This document shows, one piece after another, positions 19,868-31,371 of a DNA stretch of 60,668 nt. The notes under the pieces are model-generated. The model was not told the origin of the DNA and did no database searches. It was given only the letters and a program-made list of their open reading frames with translations. Position 1 is the first letter of the stretch, and the number at the start of each line of letters is the position of its first letter. The position numbers and the translations under genes are program-made. This stretch comes from Pseudomonadota bacterium (GTDB lineage Bacteria; Campylobacterota; Campylobacteria; Campylobacterales; Sulfurimonadaceae), in NCBI GenBank assembly GCA_043797085.1, contig JAZDQA010000002.1:1-60668 (forward strand). Direction: 5' to 3'.

Positions 19868-21331
19868 GTGAGCGATACTCAAAAATGCTATCTTCTCGAT
19901 ACTTCCGTTATCCTAGATGATCCCAACAACATTTTACGAATCAGCCAAGAAAATACTAACGCTGTCGTTATCACCAATATTGTCTTAGCTGAACTCAACA
20001 GCAAAAAGGACGATATTCGCTCGGAAGCGGGTTACATGGCACGGGAATTTTTCCGACTTGCCGATGTTGCCTTTGGTGAGCCCATCGCGGCGATTGAACT
20101 GCCTGCATGTATACTCGAAACACTGGATGCAAAGCAATGTCAAAACGATCGTTATTATCGCCTTGATTTAAAATTTGATCGTTCACTGCACGGCGGAGAA
20201 GAAATTCTCATAGAGCTCATTATTGTCCACCGAGAGCATTACCGGATTTCCGCCTCATTTTCAGAACCAAAAGGGATGAATGACGCCAAAATCGCTGAAA
20301 TCGCCGATGATTATGACCTCGTCTTGCTTACCAATGATATGTCTTTTCGGATTGCCGCAGAAATTCAAGGTATTCCAACGCAGAACATTCGAAACAGCAG
20401 TGTAGAATCTCCTGAATCGATTGATTTTAATTACACCTATACCTATACTGAAACACCGGAATTTCCCACTGATGTAGAACATCATAACTTCAACCAACTC
20501 ACTTTTATTCAAAATGCTATCAGCACAACCAACGAAATCTATGAAACAGGAATTCAGCGCCACGCATTTAGTTTCAATTCTCAGCTTGAATGGTGTGATT
20601 TTGATCGCCGTTTTGGAGAGCATTTTGATGATAATTTCGTCCGTCCTCTAAACGTTGAGCAAAAATTCTACTATTCCATGATGACTCATCCTCAGAACTA
20701 TGTGACGGTTGTTGCAGGTTCTACCGGTTCAGGAAAAACCCTCGTTGCTCTCCAAGCAGGATTAGAACTTGTAAGCGAGGGGATTGTCGAGGGGATTGTC
20801 TATGCGCGTAACACCGTCACTTCCAACGACCAGCAAGCAGAACTTGGATTTCGAAAAGGGGATGAGGAGCAAAAACTGAGTTATTTTATGTATCCCCTTT
20901 ATTCGGCAGTCAACTTTACCATCGAACATCAAAGTAAACACTCCATTGATGCCCGCGTCGAATACACAGGCACCACCAACTCAGCCAAGAGGGAAAATGC
21001 GACCGAAACATTTATGAAAAAATACAACATCGAAGTAATGGACATTGCCCACATGCGCGGTACGACTATTTCACGTAAATTTGTCATTATCGATGAAGCC
21101 CAAAACATGACCAACGCCACTCTAAAACTCATCGGCACACGCATGGGGGAAGAGACACGTCTCGTTGTCATGGGAGACCCGGGGCAAATCGACCATCCTT
21201 TCCTCTCCAAACGACGAAATGCGCTTGTGACCTTGCTAAACAAAGCCCAACACAGTGATTTTATCGCCGGAATACAACTACGCCACACCATCCGCAGCAA
21301 TGTTGCGGATTGGTTTGATAAAAATTTCTAA
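19868..21331 (+). CDS. PIN-domain PhoH-family ATPase (PhoH2-like)
   Basis: N-terminal PIN (YLLDTSVILDDP...ELNSKK...NDAKI...LTND); Walker A GSTGSGKT; MRGTT; IIDEAQN; GDPGQID. Confidence 0.9.
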   Translation: MSDTQKCYLLDTSVILDDPNNILRISQENTNAVVITNIVLAELNSKKDDIRSEAGYMAREFFRLADVAFGEPIAAIELPACILETLDAKQCQNDRYYRLDLKFDRSLHGGEEILIELIIVHREHYRISASFSEPKGMNDAKIAEIADDYDLVLLTNDMSFRIAAEIQGIPTQNIRNSSVESPESIDFNYTYTYTETPEFPTDVEHHNFNQLTFIQNAISTTNEIYETGIQRHAFSFNSQLEWCDFDRRFGEHFDDNFVRPLNVEQKFYYSMMTHPQNYVTVVAGSTGSGKTLVALQAGLELVSEGIVEGIVYARNTVTSNDQQAELGFRKGDEEQKLSYFMYPLYSAVNFTIEHQSKHSIDARVEYTGTTNSAKRENATETFMKKYNIEVMDIAHMRGTTISRKFVIIDEAQNMTNATLKLIGTRMGEETRLVVMGDPGQIDHPFLSKRRNALVTLLNKAQHSDFIAGIQLRHTIRSNVADWFDKNF

Positions 21332-21343
21332 TGATGACAAAAA

Positions 21344-22135
21344 ATGGATGAATTTTTACTCTATTCGATTGAATCGTTTCCGCCATTGCGAGAATCGATT
21401 GATAAATTAAACAAGCTCTATAATACCGAGGAAATCGATATCAAAGCGATTGTGCGCGTGATTGAATCTGATCCTATTCTCTATACCGATATTCTTCATT
21501 ACGCCAACTCTCCCCATTACGGTTTTCGTAATCCTATCTCTCAAATCTCTCAAGCCATTACCTTGCTAGGAGCAACAACGCTTCGGGGAATGGCAATTAT
21601 CGCTGCTTTGAAAGCTCATCCGTTTACGGATCTAAAGGTTTATGGCATCACCATAGAGGGTTGGTTTGCAGTAATGGAAAAACAACAGCGCTTTTTAGAA
21701 CTATGGTTGGGGAAAAGTCATCGTGAACTTCTTGAACCCTTGGGTGGTCTCCCTTTTTTCCTTGAAATCGGTCGTTTGGTTGCCTCTTATGCGCTGATGT
21801 TTGCTCACAATCCCTATCAATTTTCCAAAACTTCTCCCGAAGAGCTTCTTTTGGAAGAGAAAAATATCATTGGAGCTTCAGGAGATGAGCTTTCCTGTAA
21901 ACTCTTTGAGCTTTGGTTTTTTGATGTGTCCATGGTTGATGCACTGCGTCATTCCTTCGCTCCGGCAAACGCTCTCCATCCAAAAGTATGTGCCGTCCTC
22001 AAATGTGCACGAATCCTCTTTGCCCTAAAAACAAATGAACCGTTTGAAACCATAGTTCCTATTTTAGAGCACTATTCTCTTGACACAAAAGCTGCATTAA
22101 ACGCTTATCAAACCATAATCGGAGTCACCCCGTGA
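21344..22135 (+). CDS. HDOD-domain signal transduction protein
   Basis: FPPL...IESDPILYTDILHYANSPHYGF...ISQAITLLG. Confidence 0.88.
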   Translation: MDEFLLYSIESFPPLRESIDKLNKLYNTEEIDIKAIVRVIESDPILYTDILHYANSPHYGFRNPISQISQAITLLGATTLRGMAIIAALKAHPFTDLKVYGITIEGWFAVMEKQQRFLELWLGKSHRELLEPLGGLPFFLEIGRLVASYALMFAHNPYQFSKTSPEELLLEEKNIIGASGDELSCKLFELWFFDVSMVDALRHSFAPANALHPKVCAVLKCARILFALKTNEPFETIVPILEHYSLDTKAALNAYQTIIGVTP

Positions 22136-23112
22136 AACAATTTACCCTAATCGAACTCAAACAAGTTACTCAAGATCTTAGCGTCCTTTACGTTGAAGAT
22201 GAGAAAATGATACGTGATGGTCTGCTGGGAAGTTTAAAACAGCTTTTCAAAGAGGTAGAGGTAGCCGAAGACGGCGCTGTTGGGTGGGAGCTTTATAAGA
22301 ATGCCCATTTTCATCTTGTTATCACGGATATTTCGATGCCAAACATGAACGGTATCACCATGATTGAAAAGATTATGGAAAAAAATCCCGAAGCACGTAT
22401 TATCGTTACCTCTGCCCAAAATGATGCTGAAAAGCTCCTCACCCTCATCAATCTTGGTGTTGATCGATTTTTAACCAAACCAATCAGTAAAATCAACCTC
22501 ATCAATGCTCTCTATACCGTTTGCTCCTCAATCAGCAACAAACGTCAGATCAGGGCGTATCACCTAGAGCTTGAACAAAAAATACGCCTTCTCAATACCC
22601 AAATGAAAAAAGAAAATGTCAAAACCAAACTGGCACAAGCTGCCAACTCTGAAGAAAAAAATAATGCTTTAGGCTATGACGATTATTTTTCAAATATCGC
22701 GCAGGAAGATATTCATGAGTTGATTGATCTCAGTGAAGAACTTGATTCCGATATTCTCCTTGCATTTCAAAATAGCCGCATTGATCCCACCTACGTTACA
22801 CGTCTGGCTCAACGCTACAATAATTACGGAAACGTACTCTGTCGCTACATGATATTCAACGAAATCGGCTCACTTATACGTCAAATGAGCAGTGAACTCG
22901 ATGTCCACCAGCAAACATTCATCGATCATACTTCTTCCATTCTTGAACTCTTAGAGAGCTTCAACTTCACCCTCATCACATTTCGTAAAAATGTCTTGGA
23001 AAAAGAATCTGCAAACCCTACTTTCTATAATCCCTCAATCCTAAGCGATGCATCAATGATCATCAATCTTCTCAGTCAAACTGAAATAGATGGCGATATT
23101 GAGTTCTTCTAA
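22132..23112 (+). CDS. Response regulator with uncharacterised helical C-terminal domain
   Basis: VLYVEDE, VITDISMPNMNG, FLTKP; no HTH, GGDEF or HD-GYP motif recognised downstream. Confidence 0.85.
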   Translation: MKQFTLIELKQVTQDLSVLYVEDEKMIRDGLLGSLKQLFKEVEVAEDGAVGWELYKNAHFHLVITDISMPNMNGITMIEKIMEKNPEARIIVTSAQNDAEKLLTLINLGVDRFLTKPISKINLINALYTVCSSISNKRQIRAYHLELEQKIRLLNTQMKKENVKTKLAQAANSEEKNNALGYDDYFSNIAQEDIHELIDLSEELDSDILLAFQNSRIDPTYVTRLAQRYNNYGNVLCRYMIFNEIGSLIRQMSSELDVHQQTFIDHTSSILELLESFNFTLITFRKNVLEKESANPTFYNPSILSDASMIINLLSQTEIDGDIEFF

Positions 23113-24986
23113 TGGTTGATATTAGCACTTTATACGTTGGGACGCAAAAAGATCATTTGGAATTGCTAGGGCTCTATCTCTCCAAAATCGTAGTTGTTCC
23201 CGATGAATCTGAAGCTCTAAAAGAGCTCACCCAAAACGACTACGATTGCCTGATCATCGATGATGGCATGGCACTGGAAAAGTCTTTAGAATTTATCACG
23301 AGAATCAAGAGCGTCAAAAAATCCATTCTCAGTGTTATCTTTTCCTCTAATCCAAGTCAGAGAAATCTCCTTACCGCTATTGATATCAGTCTTACAAATC
23401 TCGTTCTTCTTCCGCTTACCCCCTCAATGATTGAAGACATGGCAAAAAAACTTCATTTTGCATCTCTTTCCAATCGACAAATGGTCAAGAAAAATCTTCT
23501 TCTAAACCAGTATAAAAACGCTCTTGATTCCTCTCTCAATATCTCTAAAACCAATAGGTATGGGGTAATCACATATGTCAACGATCACTTTTGTCAATTG
23601 AGCGGATTTGAAGCCAACGAAATACTCGGGCAAACCCATCTGCTTTTCAAACATCCAGACACAACCAAAGAGCAAATGATTGATTTATGGGAAACTATCA
23701 GCTCTAAGCGAGTATGGCACTCGACCATCACAAACAAAACCAAATCAGGAAAAACTTTCTACACCGACACCTTTGTTATCCCCTTGCTCAACGAATATCA
23801 TGAAATTGAAGAATACATGGATATGAGGATAGATGTTACTGCTATCCATGAACAAAAACGCTACATGCAACAAATTTTAGATGCTCAAGATACTATTATC
23901 GTGGTTTTCAAAGACGGAGAAATCATACAAAGCAACCAACGCTTGCTCGAGTATTTCAACCTCAAGACACTTGAAGAATTTCTCCGTATTCATAAATGCA
24001 TCTGTGATATTGTTGTTGAAGCACCCGAATGCATTAGTGCTGAGCTTTTCAAACTGTGGGTACAAAATCCCAAAAACACACTCGATATTAAAATTGCTCT
24101 CACCCGATACGATGAAGAAGTTCGTATCTTTAAGGTGACAAAAAACCAGATAGAAACTCTGGACGAAGACCATCAAATCATCATCTCACTCACCGATGTA
24201 ACCGAAATGGAAAACTACCGCCACACACTCCAATCTAAATTTAACCTTGCAGCCGCAGAGATTGAAAATCAGCAAGAACGCCTCATAGCACAATCCCGAT
24301 CAGCTGCTTTGGGAGAGATGTTTGACAACATCGCCCACCAATGGCGTCAACCCATCGGAGCCATCAATAACGCCATTATCAATGCCGAATTTGCCCTTGA
24401 ACTGGGAGGAATGAGCCACGATGAAATCTTAGAGACCTTTGAAAAAATCAATATTTATACCTCCTTTCTCTCTGGAACTATCGATGATTTTCGTAATTTT
24501 TCCAATCCTGACAAAGAAAAGAGATGGTTTATCCCTCATGAGATTATTCGACAAACGATCGGAATTCTCCAAGGCTCGTTCGAAGCCAATACCATCTCGT
24601 GCTCTTACACTCCAACCGTTGAAGAACAAATGTTAAAAATTCATGGTCCCTCCGGTGAATTTTCACAAGTTATTCTTAATATTTTAAGCAATGCACGCGA
24701 TGCACTCAAAGAGCACGCCGTCCAAAATGCCCACGTTATCCTCTCTTTGACCCGTCAAGACGAAAGTATTTCTTTAAAAATAACTGATAACGCAGGTGGG
24801 ATTGCGCAAACTGTCCTCCCAAAAATATTTGATCCTTATTTCAGCACAAAAAGTAAAACACAAGGGACGGGAATAGGATTGTATATGTCAAAAACAATTA
24901 TTGAGAAGCATTTTGAAGGAAAATTAGAAGCAAAAAATGAAGGAGAAGGGGCAGTGTTTACAATAACACTGCCCCTACAAAATTAA
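23112..24986 (+). CDS. Cytoplasmic PAS-domain sensor histidine kinase with degenerate N-terminal receiver
   Basis: PAS (GVITYVNDHFCQLSGF), H-box IAHQWRQP, NILSNA, DNAGGI, FDPYFSTK, GTGIGLY; no TM seen. Confidence 0.9.
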   Translation: MVDISTLYVGTQKDHLELLGLYLSKIVVVPDESEALKELTQNDYDCLIIDDGMALEKSLEFITRIKSVKKSILSVIFSSNPSQRNLLTAIDISLTNLVLLPLTPSMIEDMAKKLHFASLSNRQMVKKNLLLNQYKNALDSSLNISKTNRYGVITYVNDHFCQLSGFEANEILGQTHLLFKHPDTTKEQMIDLWETISSKRVWHSTITNKTKSGKTFYTDTFVIPLLNEYHEIEEYMDMRIDVTAIHEQKRYMQQILDAQDTIIVVFKDGEIIQSNQRLLEYFNLKTLEEFLRIHKCICDIVVEAPECISAELFKLWVQNPKNTLDIKIALTRYDEEVRIFKVTKNQIETLDEDHQIIISLTDVTEMENYRHTLQSKFNLAAAEIENQQERLIAQSRSAALGEMFDNIAHQWRQPIGAINNAIINAEFALELGGMSHDEILETFEKINIYTSFLSGTIDDFRNFSNPDKEKRWFIPHEIIRQTIGILQGSFEANTISCSYTPTVEEQMLKIHGPSGEFSQVILNILSNARDALKEHAVQNAHVILSLTRQDESISLKITDNAGGIAQTVLPKIFDPYFSTKSKTQGTGIGLYMSKTIIEKHFEGKLEAKNEGEGAVFTITLPLQN

Positions 24987-25957
24987 ATCGGTAAAACGCG
25001 AATTTTAGAAGAGAGTTTTTCTTTGAGTGTCGCTTCGATAGCGTAGAGAGTTCCCGTACTAGAGCTCGCACAGCCATTACAGGCACCCAAATAGCGAATA
25101 TAGACATCGATATATTCTGGAGAATCTTTGATGTCGATTACTTCCATATTACCGCCATCCATAATCAAAAACTGACGGATAGACTCATCGACAACGCTGT
25201 CAATTGCTTTGATTTTTTGTACCAATGTCATACCTTCGAAATCACCGTGACTTCCGGCATCCGCAGCATTGCGCATTTTTTCTTCATCCATTTCACGACG
25301 TACATCTGCCAAAATATCGACGAGATAATACTCACGTGCTTCATGCCCGCCAGGCTTGATACAGGATTTACAAAAACCGCCCGCTTTAGTGTAATCGGTG
25401 ATCTGCTCGATGCTTTTGAGGTCATTGAGTTTGATCACTTCACGAAGCGTTCCCAGACTCACGCGGGCACATTCGCACACAATGATTTCATCTTCGAAAC
25501 TTGCTTCGTCAACACCGAGATACAATCCCGCCGCTTTTTTAATAACATCGTACGCCATAACGGAGCAGTGCATTTTCTGAGGCGGAACGGCCGGCGTTTC
25601 GGGATCATCACGAAGTGACATCTCAACATCGATGTTGGTGATTTTAACCGCTTGTTGAACCGTTTTACCAATACACAGTTCCGCCATCATATCCGAAGAA
25701 GCGATAGCCGTTCCGCAACCGAAACTTTTAAACTTTGAGTTAACGATGGTGTCAGAAGCAGGATCAACCTCCCAGTACAAACGCACCGCATCCCCACAGC
25801 TCTCCGCACCGAAATCCGCAACGATCAGCTTATGCCCCGCCGCGTCACACTCTTCTTGAGTAATCTCCCCTTGGTTATGAGGGTTATTCATCAATGTTGT
25901 TACTTTGTTTGAGTACTGATCCCAAAGAGATCCGCCCAATAAATCATTTTTTGCCAT
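24983..25957 (-). CDS. nifU: Fe-S cluster scaffold protein NifU
   Basis: SCGDAV, FGCGTAIASS, KMHCS, CEC...GGFCKSC, C-terminal GACNGC; start MAKNDLLG. Confidence 0.95.
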   Translation of the reverse strand: MAKNDLLGGSLWDQYSNKVTTLMNNPHNQGEITQEECDAAGHKLIVADFGAESCGDAVRLYWEVDPASDTIVNSKFKSFGCGTAIASSDMMAELCIGKTVQQAVKITNIDVEMSLRDDPETPAVPPQKMHCSVMAYDVIKKAAGLYLGVDEASFEDEIIVCECARVSLGTLREVIKLNDLKSIEQITDYTKAGGFCKSCIKPGGHEAREYYLVDILADVRREMDEEKMRNAADAGSHGDFEGMTLVQKIKAIDSVVDESIRQFLIMDGGNMEVIDIKDSPEYIDVYIRYLGACNGCASSSTGTLYAIEATLKEKLSSKIRVLPI

Positions 25958-25968
25958 AATTATTTCCT

Positions 25969-27231
<1,263 letters not shown>

Positions 27232-27344
27232 TTAACTATTGGGATAATAATACAACCCTTGTTATAGTTACCTTAAGGTTTTTTTATATTTAGCAGAGCT
27301 TAAGGTTGGTAAAATAGTGCATCTATCCTAAAAGGAACAGCTCA

Positions 27345-27764
27345 ATGAATTCTCAAACATGGTATGCTCATTTTACCAAAAGTTTTGCCAAATTAACGGG
27401 CAAATCCATCACTTTCACCTTTGCAATACTTATGATATTGGTGTGGCTCATCAGTGGACCTTTTTTTAACTTTAGCAACACATGGCAACTTGTTATCAAT
27501 ACAACCACCACCATCATCACTTTTATAATGGTGTTTGTGATCCAAAACACTCAAAACCGCGATACCGAAGCGATGCAAGTAAAACTGGATGAACTTATAC
27601 GCGCAACACAAGGGGCACATAACGCCCTCTTGGATTTAGAAGAGCTCGAAGAAGATGAGATTGATATATTTCGAGAACAGTATGAAGTGCTCGCACGAGA
27701 AGCGCGCGCGGAACTCGAAGCAGGAGAAATTGATACTAATGTTACGGAGAGTATTATTCATTAG
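27345..27764 (+). CDS. Low-affinity iron permease family protein
   Basis: GPFFNFSNTWQLVINTTTTIITFIMVFVIQNTQNRDTEAMQVKLDELI is the typical family motif. Confidence 0.88.
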   Translation: MNSQTWYAHFTKSFAKLTGKSITFTFAILMILVWLISGPFFNFSNTWQLVINTTTTIITFIMVFVIQNTQNRDTEAMQVKLDELIRATQGAHNALLDLEELEEDEIDIFREQYEVLAREARAELEAGEIDTNVTESIIH

Positions 27765-27837
27765 ACTATTTTTTATCTAAAACACAACTAATTTATGAAA
27801 AAATATGACTAAATTTATTTAGCCCATAGGAATACTC

Positions 27838-29139
27838 ATGACCCCATCCAAAATCATTCTCTCTTTTGTCGCGTCCGCATGCGTCGCAACCCTTTCCTCT
27901 GCTATGGAATTTCAAGTATTAGGTGCAAAAGCGGCTTCCATGGGGGGCGCAGGTATCGCTGCCTCTCCCTCATCCCTTGCTGCCTATAACAACCCTGCTC
28001 TTTTGGCAAACAATCCAGAAAAATTCAGCCTTCACGTCGGGGCAGGCATCGGGCTAAAAGATACAGGCGCAGGCAAAGCTGTAGGCGACCTAAACAATCT
28101 TGGATTATCTGAAATAATAGACGCAGCAGATTTGACTACAAATCCAGCAGGTCTAACACCAGCACAAGAAGCTTCACTAATTCAGGCACAGGGGATCATT
28201 AGTGGGATGAATAGTAAAGGGTTTCAAGTAAATCCTACTGTTGACTTAGCAATCTCATTCGGTTCATTTGGAACAGGAATTTTTCTTACCTCTGACATAG
28301 GTGGCGTTGCCAATATTGATCAAAATCATCTAGCGCTTATTCTAGAAGATTCTGCTGCTCCTGGAACTTATTACGACATTCTTAATCCATCGACAACACC
28401 TACTTCTACTGATTATACAAATACTTCGTTGGAATACGCTATCAATACTGGATTAACCAACCTTGACGTTGTAGGTCTTGCTGTTGTCGAAATCCCTCTT
28501 GCATACGGATATGCTCTTGATACAGGATACGGCGCACTCGCAGTGGGTGGAGCACTTAAATATATGAAGGGACAAACTTTTTATAAAAAAGTTGATATTG
28601 ATAGCGATAATGCCTTGGATAACCTCAGTGATAATTCCGTTAACAGCTCAACCTTCGGTATCGATTTAGGTTTGACATTCAAACCGACCAAAGTAGAAAA
28701 TCTTACCTTGGCACTCGTAGGAAAAAATCTCAATACTCCTACCTTTGATGTTTCTGCCCTTGCAAAAACTCAGGGAATATCAGATTATGAAATCAAACCG
28801 GCTATTCGAGCAGGCGCTGCTTACAAACTTGGAGAAGTGGTAGAATTTGCATTTGATGCGGACTTGACAGAAAACAAATCCCTTGTCGGATATAACACTC
28901 GTTACGTTGGCGGTGGAGCGAATTTCGATCTCAGCGCATTGGAGCTTAATGTCGGTCTAATGAAAAATATTGCTTCCAATGATGAAGCAGGAGTAATCTA
29001 TACAGCGGGTCTTGCAACGGGACCCGATTGGTTTCACTTCGAACTCTCAGCACAAATGGCAAGTAAATCAGGAGAAGTGGATGGAACAAGCTATCCTAAA
29101 CAAGCAATGGTAAACTTTGCTATTTCGTCAGCTTTCTAA
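27838..29139 (+). CDS. TraF-like outer membrane beta-barrel protein
   Basis: Signal peptide, GAKAASMGGAGIA...YNNPALL, alternating beta-strands, terminal Phe. Confidence 0.75.
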   Translation: MTPSKIILSFVASACVATLSSAMEFQVLGAKAASMGGAGIAASPSSLAAYNNPALLANNPEKFSLHVGAGIGLKDTGAGKAVGDLNNLGLSEIIDAADLTTNPAGLTPAQEASLIQAQGIISGMNSKGFQVNPTVDLAISFGSFGTGIFLTSDIGGVANIDQNHLALILEDSAAPGTYYDILNPSTTPTSTDYTNTSLEYAINTGLTNLDVVGLAVVEIPLAYGYALDTGYGALAVGGALKYMKGQTFYKKVDIDSDNALDNLSDNSVNSSTFGIDLGLTFKPTKVENLTLALVGKNLNTPTFDVSALAKTQGISDYEIKPAIRAGAAYKLGEVVEFAFDADLTENKSLVGYNTRYVGGGANFDLSALELNVGLMKNIASNDEAGVIYTAGLATGPDWFHFELSAQMASKSGEVDGTSYPKQAMVNFAISSAF

Positions 29140-29161
29140 TTTCTGCTAGGAAGAAGGCTCT

Positions 29162-29665
29162 CTAAAGAGCCTTCATTTTTTCTTCAAATAAAACTTTATC
29201 AAGACTGTTATAAAAGCCTTGATACCATAAACTGTCATCAATATGTCCGCTTCCGACCATAGCATAACGACCCGTTAAAGGGACTGGTATCGGTAAACTA
29301 ATACCTGCAAAACCAATCTGTCCGGTGTTCGCTTTCTTTTCCATTACATTGTAACTTGCGATCATACTTACATTTGAGGTATTGGCATCTAACACTTTGA
29401 ACGATATTGAAACGGTTATTTCCGTAATAGTATCTTCATTATACTGATCCCCTTTGGCTGTCAAAACGCCATTTTCTTTTGTAACCGTAACAATGTTCAT
29501 ATTAGACTGCATCAGCGTTTTTTTAAGTCCCTCAAAGAGCTCATTCAAATCGCACATTACGTCACGTTGCTTATACTCAGCTCCCCCTTGATTAACCCCA
29601 TTGGTTTCTGGTTCAGCCATAGCAATACCCAAAAAGATGACAGTTAAGAATAATATTTTTCTCAT
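29162..29665 (-). CDS. Exported hypothetical protein (possibly DUF2242-like)
   Basis: Signal peptide MRKILFLTV...AMA; C-terminal GISLPIP...IDDSLWYQGFY. Confidence 0.6.
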   Translation of the reverse strand: MRKILFLTVIFLGIAMAEPETNGVNQGGAEYKQRDVMCDLNELFEGLKKTLMQSNMNIVTVTKENGVLTAKGDQYNEDTITEITVSISFKVLDANTSNVSMIASYNVMEKKANTGQIGFAGISLPIPVPLTGRYAMVGSGHIDDSLWYQGFYNSLDKVLFEEKMKAL

Positions 29666-29666
29666 A

Positions 29667-29996
29667 TTATTTCTCCGCAACAACAGGCAATTTACAGCTA
29701 AACGTTCCTATATGCTTTACCTTGCCATCAACAAATTTAATGATTAAATTATGATAGGTATTAACCTCAGTTTTGGAATCAAAAACATTGCCTTCATATT
29801 TCCAAATTTCTTCATTATTAATTCGTTGGACGCTCGTAGGCTTCATGGGTATAGTTGCACTCACTGCACTTTGATTCATATCTTTCGTAATCTGATATGA
29901 ATTACTTACAACATCGCCCAAGGGAAGCTGTTCTTTAGAACCACACCCTACCAAAACTACTCCAACAACAGCAACTGCAAAAAAACCTTTCAACAT
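29667..29996 (-). CDS. Hypothetical lipoprotein
   Basis: Lipobox LVGC; EIWKY...LIIKFVDGKV loosely resembles SmpA/OmlA-like folds. Confidence 0.7.
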   Translation of the reverse strand: MLKGFFAVAVVGVVLVGCGSKEQLPLGDVVSNSYQITKDMNQSAVSATIPMKPTSVQRINNEEIWKYEGNVFDSKTEVNTYHNLIIKFVDGKVKHIGTFSCKLPVVAEK

Positions 29997-30063
29997 ACCC
30001 TACTCCCTAATAAAAAATTTAATCGAACTTCCTGAATCCCTATGTATTGTATCATTTTTTTAT

Positions 30064-31368
30064 TTATTTCATCAGCTCAATTAGAGTATCCACGCTCTCT
30101 TGATTGTTACTTACACTCATTGACTCCTGCGACAAAAAGGCATCCATCTGCCCTTTTTTATCTATCGCTTCGTCGAGCTCTTTATCCGTTCCGCGCACGT
30201 ATGCACCGATACGAATCAGCATTTCATTTTCCTTGAGTAATGTATAAAGACGGCGAAAACGGCGAACGGCATTCAAGTGCTCAGGGGTGATGATATCATT
30301 CATGACACGTGAAGCAGAGTTGAGAATATGGATGGGGGGATAGATTCCAAAATCGGTCAGTTCACGGGAGAGGACGATGTGCCCGTCCAAAATCGAGCGC
30401 GACTGATCGGCAATCGGATCAGACATATCATCCCCTTCGACCAAAACGGTAAAAAAGGCGGTGATCGAACCATTTCCCTCCTCTTTTCCCGCGCGTTCCA
30501 TGAGCTGCGGCAAAAGGGTTAGTGAGCTTGGCGGGTATCCCTTGGAAGTCGGCGGCTCACCCAGTGCCAGACCGATTTCCCGCTGCGCCATCGCAAAACG
30601 AGTCACTGAGTCCATCATGAACAATACATCATGCCCTTGAGATTTAAAATACTCTGCCACGCTCATCGCACTAAATGCCCCGTATTTACGCATCAGGGGT
30701 GAATCGTCACTGGTTGCAACGACCAAAACGGTGTTTTCGAGATTTCCGCCGAGCGATTTTTCGATAAATTCGGGAACTTCACGTCCGCGCTCTCCGATGA
30801 GTGCGACTACTTTGATCGGGGCATCCGCTCCACGGACAATCATCCCCATCAGCGTCGATTTTCCCACACCGCTTCCGGCAAAAATACCGAGTTTTTGCCC
30901 TTTACCGCAGGTGAGCAATCCATCGATGGTTTTAACGCCGACACTAAACACCTCATCAATCATCCCCCGCTTCATAGCAGCAATAGGAGCTTTGATAATC
31001 GGCTCGATGTGACTGCCAAAAATGGGACCTTTTCCATCAATCGGTTTCATAAACGGATCAACCACTCGACCCAGAAGACCATCCCCTACTTCGATAGACA
31101 TCCCGTTTTGGTTTGAAAATACTTTATCTCCTGCACGAAAACCTTCGACAAAACGAAAGGGGGTGATAAAAAAACGGTTACGCTCTACTTCACTCACCAT
31201 TCCCATCGTCTCATGAGCATCCGCATCGGATACTATCGTAACGGTATCGCCGATACTGACATGAAGACCCTCGGCAACAATGACAGTCGGGGAGATTTTA
31301 GTGATCGTTCCAAAAACAGTGTGAAGTTTTTGAGAACCTAAACGGTCACGAAGTGATTTTAGTGGCAT
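30064..31368 (-). CDS. fliI: Flagellar export ATPase FliI
   Basis: GIFAGSGVGKST, LIGERGREV, DSVTRFAMAQREIGL. Confidence 0.97.
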   Translation of the reverse strand: MPLKSLRDRLGSQKLHTVFGTITKISPTVIVAEGLHVSIGDTVTIVSDADAHETMGMVSEVERNRFFITPFRFVEGFRAGDKVFSNQNGMSIEVGDGLLGRVVDPFMKPIDGKGPIFGSHIEPIIKAPIAAMKRGMIDEVFSVGVKTIDGLLTCGKGQKLGIFAGSGVGKSTLMGMIVRGADAPIKVVALIGERGREVPEFIEKSLGGNLENTVLVVATSDDSPLMRKYGAFSAMSVAEYFKSQGHDVLFMMDSVTRFAMAQREIGLALGEPPTSKGYPPSSLTLLPQLMERAGKEEGNGSITAFFTVLVEGDDMSDPIADQSRSILDGHIVLSRELTDFGIYPPIHILNSASRVMNDIITPEHLNAVRRFRRLYTLLKENEMLIRIGAYVRGTDKELDEAIDKKGQMDAFLSQESMSVSNNQESVDTLIELMK

Positions 31369-31371
31369 AAC

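Noticed and set aside
30064..31368. fliI isolated from other flagellar genes as a possible T3SS remnant
   Set aside because: Flagellar genes are dispersed in Campylobacterota; the sequence is a typical intact FliI
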